From an uncultured Planctomycetia bacterium (GTDB taxonomy: Bacteria; Omnitrophota; Gorgyraeia; VGKH01; JBHPFN01): DNA of 64,000 nt. The stretch spans positions 3,933 through 67,932 of the forward strand of contig CAYOSQ010000008.1 in NCBI GenBank assembly GCA_964406665.1, given 5' to 3'. Below the pieces are notes generated by a model that saw only the letters and a program-made list of their open reading frames with translations, did no database searches and was not told where the DNA came from. Shown here one piece after another: positions 37,350-46,346 of this stretch (the stretch's first letter is position 1; every line of letters starts with the position of its first letter). Position numbers and translations under genes: made by a program.

Positions 37350-39646
37350 AAGATCTGTTGACTCAATATACTTCTAGCGAAGATTGGGTAATTAATAAAG
37401 AAGGTTGGGATAAGGAACTTCAAGGAATTCGCGAGACACAGTTTACTTTAGGGAATGGATATTTAGGTTCGCGGGGAGTTTTAGAGGAAATCCCTCTTGG
37501 GGCTGAGCCGGGTACATTTCTTGCAGGAGTTTTTGACAAATCAGGTGCACAAATTCCAGAAATAGTTAATCTTCCTAACCCCATTGATTTTAAGATTATA
37601 GTACAGGGTGAAAAAATGGGAGTTGTTGCGATGGATGTCTTGGATCATGAACGCATTTTAGATATGAAAAAAGGTATCCTTTTGAGAAAAACCAAATTTG
37701 CCAATGCAAGAAAGCAAAGGTTTGAATATCAATCTTTAAGATTCTTTAGTATGGATGATATTCATTTAGGGGCAATGAGAGCGACTTTTACCCCGCTAGA
37801 TGGGCCAGCTGAGATAATTTTTCAGAGTGTAACTGATGTTTCTGTTGTTAACAAAGGTTTACTTACTGAGGGAAATAAGAAACATTTTCAGATGATGAGG
37901 GTTGCTCGAGGTAAGGAGCTTAACTATTTTCGTATTCAGACATTTGAAAGTAAGATATCGGTTGGGTTTGCTAATAGTTTGTTAATCAATGATGGCAAAA
38001 AAACTTATCGCGTCAAAGAACGTGCTATTCATTTAAAAGTTAAAAAAGGCCAAACCATTTCATTTACAAAAATATTTTCTATTTATTCAACCCGTGATGT
38101 ATTGTTGAAAGATTTGCCTATTCAAACAAAAAAAACATTAAGAAAAAGTTTGAGCCTCGGTTTTGATGAATGTCTTAAAAAGCATATTAATGCCTGGGAA
38201 GAAAAGTGGGCTGTAAGTGATGTGAAAGTAAAGCCTGATAATGAATTACAGAAAGCAATCAGGTTTAATATATATCATCTAATCATTTTAGGAAATGACC
38301 GGGGAACCGATACAAGCATAGGTGCTAAAGGTTTAGCCGGGCAGGGTTATAGAGGCCATATCTTTTGGGACGGTGAGATTTTTATCTTGCCGTTTTTTAT
38401 TTACAATAATCCTATTGTTGCCAAAAACATGCTTATTTATAGATATAATAGATTACCGGCATCCCGAAAGAATGCTTTGAAGAATGGATACAAAGGAGCT
38501 CAATTTGTCTGGGAATCTGCAGATACCGGAGAGGAAACAACGCCATCTTGGCATAAATTGCCGGATGGAAGTATTATTAAGATTTATACTGGACAGCAAG
38601 AGCATCATATTGTTGCTGATATTGCTTATGCAGTAGATCATTATTATAACGCTACCTGTGACAGTGAATTTATGGTTGAGCATGGTTTGGAGATAATATT
38701 TGAGGCTGCAAAGTTTTGGGCTAGTAGAGTAGAACTTAATAAAAAGAAGAAAAGATATGAAATTAAGCATGTTATCGGCCCTGATGAATTTAGAGAAGAT
38801 ATAAATAATAATGCCTTCACTAATGCAATGGCACGCTGGAATCTTTTAAGGGCGGTTGAGCTTTATCGGGAATTTGAAAAGAAGAGTTCTGATTTCAAAA
38901 AGCTTTCTAAAAAAATTAAACTAAAAAAATCAGAGTGTGATACTTGGCGCCAAATCGGTAGAAAATTATTTATTCCTAGGTCAAAAAGAAAGAATTTAAT
39001 TGAACAATGCGATGGATATTTTGCAAAAGAAGATGTTAAGATTTCTGATTATGACGAAAACGGCATGCCGCTTGTGCCTAAGTCTGTTTCCGAAAGGAAG
39101 CTTGAGGAAACACAACTTATAAAGCAGGCTGATGTGGTTATGCTTTTATACTTGCTTTCCAATTCGTTTTCTGATGAGCAGAAGAGAAATAATTATCAGT
39201 ATTATGTTAGAAGGACCATGCATAAGTCATCGCTTAGTCCATCTATAAACGCGATAATCGGGGCAGAAGTTGGAGATTCTAAGAGAGCGTTTAAGTTGTT
39301 TTCTATGGCGCTTTATACTGATCTTAAAGACGTTCATGGCAATATCGTTGATGGTATCCATTCAGCTTGTTTGGGAGGGGTGTGGCAGGTTTTGATTAAA
39401 GGTTTTGGTGGTATGAGGATAAAAAGAAACATTTTAACTTTTGATCCTAAACTCCCAAGCCAGATAAAATCTTTAGAATTTTCTGTTTTTTGGAGAAACT
39501 GCTTAATAAATGTATCAATGCAGAAAAATAAAATAAAAATTTCATTTAACTCATCTACAAGAAAAAGTTTGAGGATCATGGTTTATAAAACTATTAGGGA
39601 TTTAACAATCAATAAGACTTTTACTTTTTCCAGAAAGGCGAGGTAG
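37346..39646 (+). CDS. GH65 alpha-glucoside phosphorylase (kojibiose/trehalose/maltose phosphorylase family)
   Basis: LGNGYLGSRG, YRGHIFWD, GPDE (catalytic Glu), KQADV, HKSSLS (phosphate site). Confidence 0.93.
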   Translation: MKDLLTQYTSSEDWVINKEGWDKELQGIRETQFTLGNGYLGSRGVLEEIPLGAEPGTFLAGVFDKSGAQIPEIVNLPNPIDFKIIVQGEKMGVVAMDVLDHERILDMKKGILLRKTKFANARKQRFEYQSLRFFSMDDIHLGAMRATFTPLDGPAEIIFQSVTDVSVVNKGLLTEGNKKHFQMMRVARGKELNYFRIQTFESKISVGFANSLLINDGKKTYRVKERAIHLKVKKGQTISFTKIFSIYSTRDVLLKDLPIQTKKTLRKSLSLGFDECLKKHINAWEEKWAVSDVKVKPDNELQKAIRFNIYHLIILGNDRGTDTSIGAKGLAGQGYRGHIFWDGEIFILPFFIYNNPIVAKNMLIYRYNRLPASRKNALKNGYKGAQFVWESADTGEETTPSWHKLPDGSIIKIYTGQQEHHIVADIAYAVDHYYNATCDSEFMVEHGLEIIFEAAKFWASRVELNKKKKRYEIKHVIGPDEFREDINNNAFTNAMARWNLLRAVELYREFEKKSSDFKKLSKKIKLKKSECDTWRQIGRKLFIPRSKRKNLIEQCDGYFAKEDVKISDYDENGMPLVPKSVSERKLEETQLIKQADVVMLLYLLSNSFSDEQKRNNYQYYVRRTMHKSSLSPSINAIIGAEVGDSKRAFKLFSMALYTDLKDVHGNIVDGIHSACLGGVWQVLIKGFGGMRIKRNILTFDPKLPSQIKSLEFSVFWRNCLINVSMQKNKIKISFNSSTRKSLRIMVYKTIRDLTINKTFTFSRKAR

Positions 39647-39648
39647 GT

Positions 39649-40023
39649 ATGAGCAAGGTAAAAAATTTAATGACAAGAAGAGTTATTACTATACCCACGG
39701 ATATGCCCATTGAACAAATTTGTAAAATTCTTACGAAAAACAGCTTAAGTGGAGTTCCTGTAGTTAGCGACAACAATAAGCTGATTGGTTTTGTTTCAGA
39801 AAGAGATATTATACTTATGATTGCATCGGGTGATTACTGTGATAAAACAGCAAAGGATTTCATGTGTAAGAAATTAATTACTGTTGATGAAAATACTGAT
39901 TTGACCAAGGTATCAAAAATATTTTCGGGCAATCCTTTCCGTCATATTCCCGTTGTAAAAAAAGGTGAAGTTGTGGGGATTGTTTCCAGAAGAGATGTTG
40001 TGCATAGTCTTTTAGTGTCTTAG
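39649..40023 (+). CDS. stand-alone CBS-pair protein
   Basis: SGVPVV, GFVSERDI, RHIPVV, GIVSRRD. Confidence 0.9.
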   Translation: MSKVKNLMTRRVITIPTDMPIEQICKILTKNSLSGVPVVSDNNKLIGFVSERDIILMIASGDYCDKTAKDFMCKKLITVDENTDLTKVSKIFSGNPFRHIPVVKKGEVVGIVSRRDVVHSLLVS

Positions 40024-40048
40024 ATTTATCTTAAAAGGAGGTAGCAAC

Positions 40049-41254
40049 TTGGTAAAAAAGAAAAGAAATTTAAGTAAGAAGTTAAATATCGCTCAGCTAC
40101 ACTGGGGTTTTCCTCCTATTATTGGTGGGGTAGAAACCCACCTAGATATGATTATGCCCATGATGGTAAAGCTTGGGCATCGTGTCGCGCTTCTTACTGG
40201 TACTGCAGAAGGAGTGAAGACTCGTTATGCATACAAAGGTATAGATATATTTCGTACACCTTTGATGGATTTGAACTGGTTGTATAAAAGAGGATTGCAT
40301 GGTCTTGAAGATGAGCTAACCACTACATTTAAGAATTTTTTGAATCATGTTAAGCCCAATGTTATCCATTGTCATAATATGCATTATTTCAGTCTTGTAC
40401 ATGCAAGAGTGATAGAGCGCGAGGCGCTTAAAAGAAAAATTCCATTAATTTTGACTGCTCATAATGTTTGGGATGAAATGCTTTTTTTGCAGCTTTCTCG
40501 TGATATAAAATGGACACGAATAATTGCGGTAAGCCATTTTATCAAGAAGGAAATGATAGGTGCGGGTTGCAATGATAGGAAGATAAACGTAGTTCATCAT
40601 GGTATAGACGCTAAAGAATTCCATCCTACAGTTAAAACTAAAGAAATTGAAGATAAATATCCTCAGCTTAAGAATAAACGAATTATATTTCATCCGGCGA
40701 GGATGGGTTTGGCCAAAGGGTGCGATACAAGCATTAAGGCGTTTAGTATTGTTAAGGAGAGATTTCCTGATGCAATGCTTGTTTTGGCTGGAACAAAACA
40801 TATTATTGATTGGGGTGAAACCCAACAAAAGGATATTGCTTACTTGGTTAAATTGGTTAAAATTTTTGATCTCGAAGATAGTGTATTAATAGATGTTTAT
40901 TCTAGAAAGGAAATTTCAAAGATTTACGCTCTGACAGATGTCTGCATATATCCTTCTACTGGCTGTGAGCCTTTTGGCCTTACAATGCTAGAGGCTTTAG
41001 CAACAGCAAAACCAATGGTGGTTACTAATGCCGGCGGTATGCCTGAGATTATTCGAGACGGAATAAATGGTTTTGTGGTTCCCATTAGAGATTTTGAAGC
41101 TTTGGCTTCTAGGATTATTCAACTTCTAGCAAATGACAACTTACGCAGAAGATTGGGAGATACCGGAAAAGAAATAGTTGATGAGTATTACAGAAAAGAG
41201 CATGTGACCAGAAATACCCTCAACGTGTACAGAAAGGCAATGGAAGAGATCTAG
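40049..41254 (+). CDS. GT4 retaining glycosyltransferase
   Basis: PPIIGGVE, R...KG, EPFGLTMLEA (EX7E); TTG start with aggagg RBS. Confidence 0.92.
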   Translation: MVKKKRNLSKKLNIAQLHWGFPPIIGGVETHLDMIMPMMVKLGHRVALLTGTAEGVKTRYAYKGIDIFRTPLMDLNWLYKRGLHGLEDELTTTFKNFLNHVKPNVIHCHNMHYFSLVHARVIEREALKRKIPLILTAHNVWDEMLFLQLSRDIKWTRIIAVSHFIKKEMIGAGCNDRKINVVHHGIDAKEFHPTVKTKEIEDKYPQLKNKRIIFHPARMGLAKGCDTSIKAFSIVKERFPDAMLVLAGTKHIIDWGETQQKDIAYLVKLVKIFDLEDSVLIDVYSRKEISKIYALTDVCIYPSTGCEPFGLTMLEALATAKPMVVTNAGGMPEIIRDGINGFVVPIRDFEALASRIIQLLANDNLRRRLGDTGKEIVDEYYRKEHVTRNTLNVYRKAMEEI

Positions 41255-41267
41255 GAGAGTTTGTTTT

Positions 41268-41573
41268 ATGTTTGTAACCAGTAATTTCTTAGCCGCTGTA
41301 GCGCAAATCATAGATATGATTCTAACCATTCTTTATTGGTTGATCTTGATACGTGCGCTTATCAGTTGGGTGAATCCTGATCCTTATAATCCGATAGTGC
41401 AATTTTTGCATAGAGCAACCGAACCAATACTAGAGCCGATTAGAAGAATGCTTCCTTTAAATTTTAGGTTTGGGTTAGATATATCTCCGATAATAGCTTT
41501 TTTGCTTATCTTTTTTCTAAGAGCGTTTTTAGTGCGTACACTTATTGATATGAGCATAAAAATGAGATACTAG
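41268..41573 (+). CDS. yggT: YggT family membrane protein
   Basis: LISWVNPDPYNP, TEPILEPIRR, DISPI. Confidence 0.92.
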   Translation: MFVTSNFLAAVAQIIDMILTILYWLILIRALISWVNPDPYNPIVQFLHRATEPILEPIRRMLPLNFRFGLDISPIIAFLLIFFLRAFLVRTLIDMSIKMRY

Positions 41574-41609
41574 TTTGAGTATTGATTATTAGATAAAAGG
41601 AGTGCATTA

Positions 41610-41831
41610 ATGAAAGAAAGAATAGAAGCTGCTTTAGACAAAATTAGACCGACATTAGAAGCTGATGGCGGCAGTGTTGATTTTGTAGATGTTTCTGATG
41701 ATGGTATAGTTAAAGTTAAGCTTACTGGAGCTTGTTCCGGGTGTCCTATGAGTCAGATGACTCTGAAAATGGGTATCGAAAGGATTTTAAAGCAAGAAGT
41801 TCCTGAAGTCAAGGAAGTTGTCTCGGTATAA
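41610..41831 (+). CDS. NifU C-terminal-domain (Nfu) Fe-S carrier
   Basis: IRPTLEADGG, GACSGCPMS, TLKMGIE. Confidence 0.93.
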   Translation: MKERIEAALDKIRPTLEADGGSVDFVDVSDDGIVKVKLTGACSGCPMSQMTLKMGIERILKQEVPEVKEVVSV

Positions 41832-41853
41832 TTATCTAGAATAAAGAAATAAA

Positions 41854-42405
41854 ATGGGATACGGCGCTGCATTAGCTAAAGCCTGGGAGCAGGTAAATAA
41901 TCTTACTGAAGAAAAGAAATATTCGGTCCGAATACTTTCTGATGAATATGAGATAGATGCAGAGTCTAAGAGTATTTTATCTTTATCCTGTAATGTTCCC
42001 GCAAAGGATTTCGTAAGTATTTTGGTTTTGCATTATTTGGCGCAAAAACTAAAATGGTTACCGCAGACTACCGGTGAGTGGATTTCTTTCAAGCAGCTTG
42101 ACGGTGGGATGGGGTATTACCCGGCATTCAAAAAACGTACAATTGATCAGATCGTAGGGAAATATGGTAGTAATCCTGATGCCATCTTTGAAACCGTGGA
42201 GCGCCTGAAGGCAAAAAGAGCACAGCTCTCAGATGTTAGCGTTGTTCTAGAAGTATTTAACAATGTTCCCGTGCTTATAACATTATCTCGGGCTGATGAA
42301 GAGTTTGGTCCTGAGGCTAATATGCTTTTCGATGCGAGCATTAAGGATATATTTTGCACTGAAGATGTAGCGGTTATGGCTAGTTTTGTTGCAGCGAATA
42401 TTTAA
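41854..42405 (+). CDS. DUF3786-like protein
   Basis: ILVLHYL, WISFKQL, DEEFGPEANMLFD, TED. Confidence 0.75.
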   Translation: MGYGAALAKAWEQVNNLTEEKKYSVRILSDEYEIDAESKSILSLSCNVPAKDFVSILVLHYLAQKLKWLPQTTGEWISFKQLDGGMGYYPAFKKRTIDQIVGKYGSNPDAIFETVERLKAKRAQLSDVSVVLEVFNNVPVLITLSRADEEFGPEANMLFDASIKDIFCTEDVAVMASFVAANI

Positions 42406-42517
42406 TTTATATTGTTTTTGTCATTTTTTCTTGACTTATTTTGGTAGCATAGTAACATAATTTTGTGAACACAATTTGTTTAATTTAACTTAAGTTATAG
42501 TCAAAAAGGAGGAATCA

Positions 42518-42937
42518 ATGAAAAAACTAGTAAAGGTAAAGGGTAAAAAACATACTCCTTTCGGGTTAAAAATTACAGGTCATATAATTAAAGTAAAAGG
42601 CACTATTTCAATTTGCCAAGCTGCCAATGTCTTACTAGAGAATAAAATTGGAGCCTGTGTTGTAGAAAAAGATGGTAATCTTTCTGGTATTATTTCTGAG
42701 CGCGATATCGTTTGGAGAGTAGTTGCCCGAGGAAAATCTTTGGATAAAACTAAAGTAAAAGATGTAATGACAAAGAAAGTAATTACCATAGATTTAGATA
42801 AAGGTGTTGAAGATCTTTATGAAACCATGAAAAAGATTCCTTTTAGGCATCTGCCTGTTCAGAAAGGAAAAGAAATTATTGGCATGGTTTCCAGTAGAGA
42901 TTTGAAATATTTGCTGAAACTTAAAGAAACAAAATAA
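42518..42937 (+). CDS. stand-alone CBS-pair protein
   Basis: IGACVV, GIISERD, MTKKV, FRHLPV. Confidence 0.9.
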   Translation: MKKLVKVKGKKHTPFGLKITGHIIKVKGTISICQAANVLLENKIGACVVEKDGNLSGIISERDIVWRVVARGKSLDKTKVKDVMTKKVITIDLDKGVEDLYETMKKIPFRHLPVQKGKEIIGMVSSRDLKYLLKLKETK

Positions 42938-43025
42938 ATTAATAATAGACATTTCAAAATATCTCCCAGGTTAACCCCGATTAAGCTGCGTGGACAAAAT
43001 TATACAAATTTTTGCTAACTTTGTT

Positions 43026-44912
43026 ATGAAGAAAATCATATTTATTTTATGCGCGCTGTTTTTCTTATCAGCTAATGCCGCATATTGCCAGCAGAAATCT
43101 CTAATTCCTCTTGAAATACTCTTTGGAAACCCTGAACGGGCCAATCCTGAAATTTCTCCCAATGGAAAACTTTTGACTTATCTAGCTCCCTATGAAGGCG
43201 TAACTAATCTTTGGATTAAGACATTGGGCGAAGAAGATGATAGGGTTATTACTAAAGATAAGCACAGGGGTATTTGGTATTATTTTTGGGCAGAAGATAA
43301 TAAACATGTTATTTATCTGCAGGATGCTGATGGAGATGAAAATTGGCATCTTTTCTCAATTAATCTAGAAACTGGAACTATTCGAGATTTAACTCCGTTT
43401 TTAGGAGTAAAAGCAGGAGTAATAGCAACGGACAATAATTTTCCCGATGAAGTTTTGGTAAAACTTAATATTCGCGATAAAAGCATTTTTGATGCTTATA
43501 GTATTGATTTGAATACCGGTGCAGTGGTTGAAATTCAGAGAAATCCGGGAGATATAATTGGATGGTCAACAGATAACGATTTTAATATTAGGCTTGCCTA
43601 TAAGGCCATGCCTGACGGAGGCAGTCAGCTTCTTAGAAAAAAAAGTAAGCATCATGATTTTAAAGAATTAATTACTTGGCCAGCCGATGAATATGGTGGA
43701 GGAATAGGGTTTACTCCAAATAATAGATATCTATATATTACAGATAGTACCGCAGAGAACACTAGCCGTTTGTACAAAATAAATATTAGAACTAAGAGAA
43801 AAAAATTAATCGCTTTTGATGATGAGGTAGATGTTGGCAGTGTCATGGTTCATCCTACTAAACATCATCTTCAGGCGGTAAGTTTTACTAAAGAAAGACT
43901 GCAGTGGAAAGTTCTGGATAAAGATATTGAAGATGATTTTGAAGCTTTGGAAAAACTAAATTCCGGAAACTTTCATGTTCTTAGTAGAGATTTATCAGAT
44001 TCTAAATGGATAGTAGTGTTCTGGCGAGATGATTTTCCCGCAAGTTATTTTCTGTATAATAGAAAAAATAAAACTCCTACATTTCTTTTTAGTGCAAGGC
44101 CTAAGCTAGAAGATTATTCTCTTTCTAAAATGGAACCAATAAAGATTGTCTCTCGCGATGGTTTGAGCATGCAGTGTTATCTAACTCTTCCTGTTGGAGG
44201 CAATAAAAGTAATTTGCCACTTGTGTTGCTAGTCCACGGTGGTCCTTGGTCTAGAGATAGCTGGGGATATGATGCCCAGGTTCAGTGGTTGGCTAATAGA
44301 GGCTTTGCGGTATTGCAGGTTAATTTTAGAGGTTCTTCCGGTTTTGGCAAAAGATTCCTAAACGCAGGGAAAAAGGAATGGGGCAGGAAGATGCAGAATG
44401 ATTTAACCGATGCAGTTAACTGGGCCGTTGATAAAGGCATTGCTGATTCTAAGCGCATTGCTATATTTGGGGCTTCATATGGTGGATATGCGGCATTGGC
44501 TGGCGCTGCATTTACTCCTGATTTATTTGTATGTGCTGTGGATGCATTCGGTCCGAGTAATCTAGTTAGTTTTTTGAATTCTGTCCCTCCTTATTGGCGT
44601 CCAATGAAAAATATGTTTAGGGTTCGCGTAGGAGATTTAGAAAAAGAAGAAGACATGTTGAAAGAGCGCTCTCCGTTATTTAGCGCAGATAATATTAAAA
44701 TTCCTATGTTAATCGTTCAGGGAGCTAACGATGTGAGGGTAAAGAAAGAAGAGAGTGAGCAAATAGTCGAGGCTTTAAAGAAAAAAGGTATAGATGTAAG
44801 ATATCTTTTGTTTCCTGATGAGGGGCATGGTTTCATGAAACCTGAGAATAGGCTCAAGTTTTATTCTATCGCTGAAGATTTCTTAAAATTATATTTACAA
44901 AAAAGAAACTAG
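43026..44912 (+). CDS. exported S9 prolyl oligopeptidase/acylaminoacyl peptidase
   Basis: Signal peptide; beta-propeller; HGGP, GASYGG (Ser), GANDVRV (Asp), DEGHG (His). Confidence 0.93.
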   Translation: MKKIIFILCALFFLSANAAYCQQKSLIPLEILFGNPERANPEISPNGKLLTYLAPYEGVTNLWIKTLGEEDDRVITKDKHRGIWYYFWAEDNKHVIYLQDADGDENWHLFSINLETGTIRDLTPFLGVKAGVIATDNNFPDEVLVKLNIRDKSIFDAYSIDLNTGAVVEIQRNPGDIIGWSTDNDFNIRLAYKAMPDGGSQLLRKKSKHHDFKELITWPADEYGGGIGFTPNNRYLYITDSTAENTSRLYKINIRTKRKKLIAFDDEVDVGSVMVHPTKHHLQAVSFTKERLQWKVLDKDIEDDFEALEKLNSGNFHVLSRDLSDSKWIVVFWRDDFPASYFLYNRKNKTPTFLFSARPKLEDYSLSKMEPIKIVSRDGLSMQCYLTLPVGGNKSNLPLVLLVHGGPWSRDSWGYDAQVQWLANRGFAVLQVNFRGSSGFGKRFLNAGKKEWGRKMQNDLTDAVNWAVDKGIADSKRIAIFGASYGGYAALAGAAFTPDLFVCAVDAFGPSNLVSFLNSVPPYWRPMKNMFRVRVGDLEKEEDMLKERSPLFSADNIKIPMLIVQGANDVRVKKEESEQIVEALKKKGIDVRYLLFPDEGHGFMKPENRLKFYSIAEDFLKLYLQKRN

Positions 44913-45060
44913 AGGCAACACATTGATAATTCATTTGATTTATTCTTGCTAAATTGCAGCAAAAGATATAAAATAAAGCATAAGAATTCAGCAAATTTGA
45001 TTTTTTGATCATTCCTTATATTTTTGTAGCTTAACTAATAATTAGACTTAAGGGGGAATA

Positions 45061-45471
45061 ATGAAGAAACAGCGGGCATTTAGTATGCATCTTTCCAGAG
45101 GGGTTGTTGTAGCTAACGAAAGTACTTCTGCGAGAGAAATAGCTTGTCTTATGGATGAGAATAATATTGGTGCGGTTATTATTTTAAAAGGTGAGAAACT
45201 CGTAGGTATTGTTAGTGAGAGAGACATAACTAGAAGAGTTGTGGCTAAGGATTTAACTCCGTCAAGAACTAAAGCCAAGACGTTTATGACTAAAGATGTT
45301 GCTACGGCTGAATTTAGCGATGGAATAAAAAAGATTTACCAAACACTTTGTGAAATAAAATTCAGGCATCTTCCTATTATGGATAAAGGAAAGCTAGTAG
45401 GCATAGCATCGCAAAGAGACGTATTGTATAATTTAACTTTAAAAGAAACTAAACAAGGGAAGGAAAAATGA
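45061..45471 (+). CDS. stand-alone CBS-pair protein (paralog of 42518)
   Basis: IGAVII, GIVSERD, MTKDV, FRHLPI, shared LKETK tail. Confidence 0.9.
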   Translation: MKKQRAFSMHLSRGVVVANESTSAREIACLMDENNIGAVIILKGEKLVGIVSERDITRRVVAKDLTPSRTKAKTFMTKDVATAEFSDGIKKIYQTLCEIKFRHLPIMDKGKLVGIASQRDVLYNLTLKETKQGKEK

Positions 45472-45839
45472 AACAGGAAATTGGTGCGCCGAAAGAAGAT
45501 CTGATTCGAAAACTAAAGGATATAGCAGCTGAATATTTTACTATTATAGCTCATTTAAGAGTAGGAATTAAAATAAGCATTGTTTTTGGACTGCTGCTTA
45601 TGGGTTCTATGGCTGTATATTTTATTAAGATTTACCCGGAATTTGCAAAGACCCAACAAGAAGAAGTTCCATATAAAGCTTGTTTAGGTGAAGCGTTTAC
45701 GCTTTATCGAGAAAAATGGGATCAAGCTTGCAAAAAAGATAATCAGGGTTCTGGTTGTGGATTATCTGAGAGAGAATCTGAGTCTATAAATGATTATCTT
45801 GATGATTTAAAACGTAACTGTTACGTAAAACACCGTTGA
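45468..45839 (+). CDS. single-pass membrane protein with a four-Cys exported domain, hypothetical
   Basis: TM at about aa 33-53; C..W..C..C..C pattern. Confidence 0.65.
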   Translation: MKQEIGAPKEDLIRKLKDIAAEYFTIIAHLRVGIKISIVFGLLLMGSMAVYFIKIYPEFAKTQQEEVPYKACLGEAFTLYREKWDQACKKDNQGSGCGLSERESESINDYLDDLKRNCYVKHR

Positions 45840-45879
45840 CAAGTAAGATTTTATTTTGATATTCGAAAGGAGAATATTT

Positions 45880-46290
45880 ATGAAAAGGATAAATATACTT
45901 TTAATTATATTGTTAGCAGTTTTTAGTTTTGCTGCAGAAGATCAGGCTACGCGTAGTTTTCAAGAGGTAAAACCATATGTTGATGAGGTTTTTGCTATGC
46001 AAGGTGACGGTAACGAGATTTCTGCTAAGTTAAAAGAAAAGCAGATATCTGCTTCTTCTGCTGCAAAAGAGATTGAAGAGATTCATTCCAAGCTTCTGTT
46101 AGTTACCGCACCGGTAGAATATGAAAAATACCATCAAATTTTGTTAGACTTTTATGAAAAAAGAATGCTGGAATATAAGCTTTTAAGCAAAAAACGTCCT
46201 GTACCAGATTCTTTGAGTACAGAAATAAAAGAGTTGGCGCGTCAATCAGTATTAGAATTTATTGAAGTTGGCGGGAAGTTTAAGAAGTAA
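45880..46290 (+). CDS. exported helical hypothetical protein
   Basis: aggag RBS; signal peptide MKRINILLIILLAVFSFA. Confidence 0.7.
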   Translation: MKRINILLIILLAVFSFAAEDQATRSFQEVKPYVDEVFAMQGDGNEISAKLKEKQISASSAAKEIEEIHSKLLLVTAPVEYEKYHQILLDFYEKRMLEYKLLSKKRPVPDSLSTEIKELARQSVLEFIEVGGKFKK

Positions 46291-46346
46291 ACTTGCGGTT
46301 GCAAAATTTTAGCCATATTCAAGAAAACAATATGGAGAATATTTAT

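Noticed and set aside
42463-42474. Rex operator (ttgtgaacacaa)
   Set aside because: Rex needs TTGTGAA-N4-TTCACAA; spacing and the second half-site do not match.
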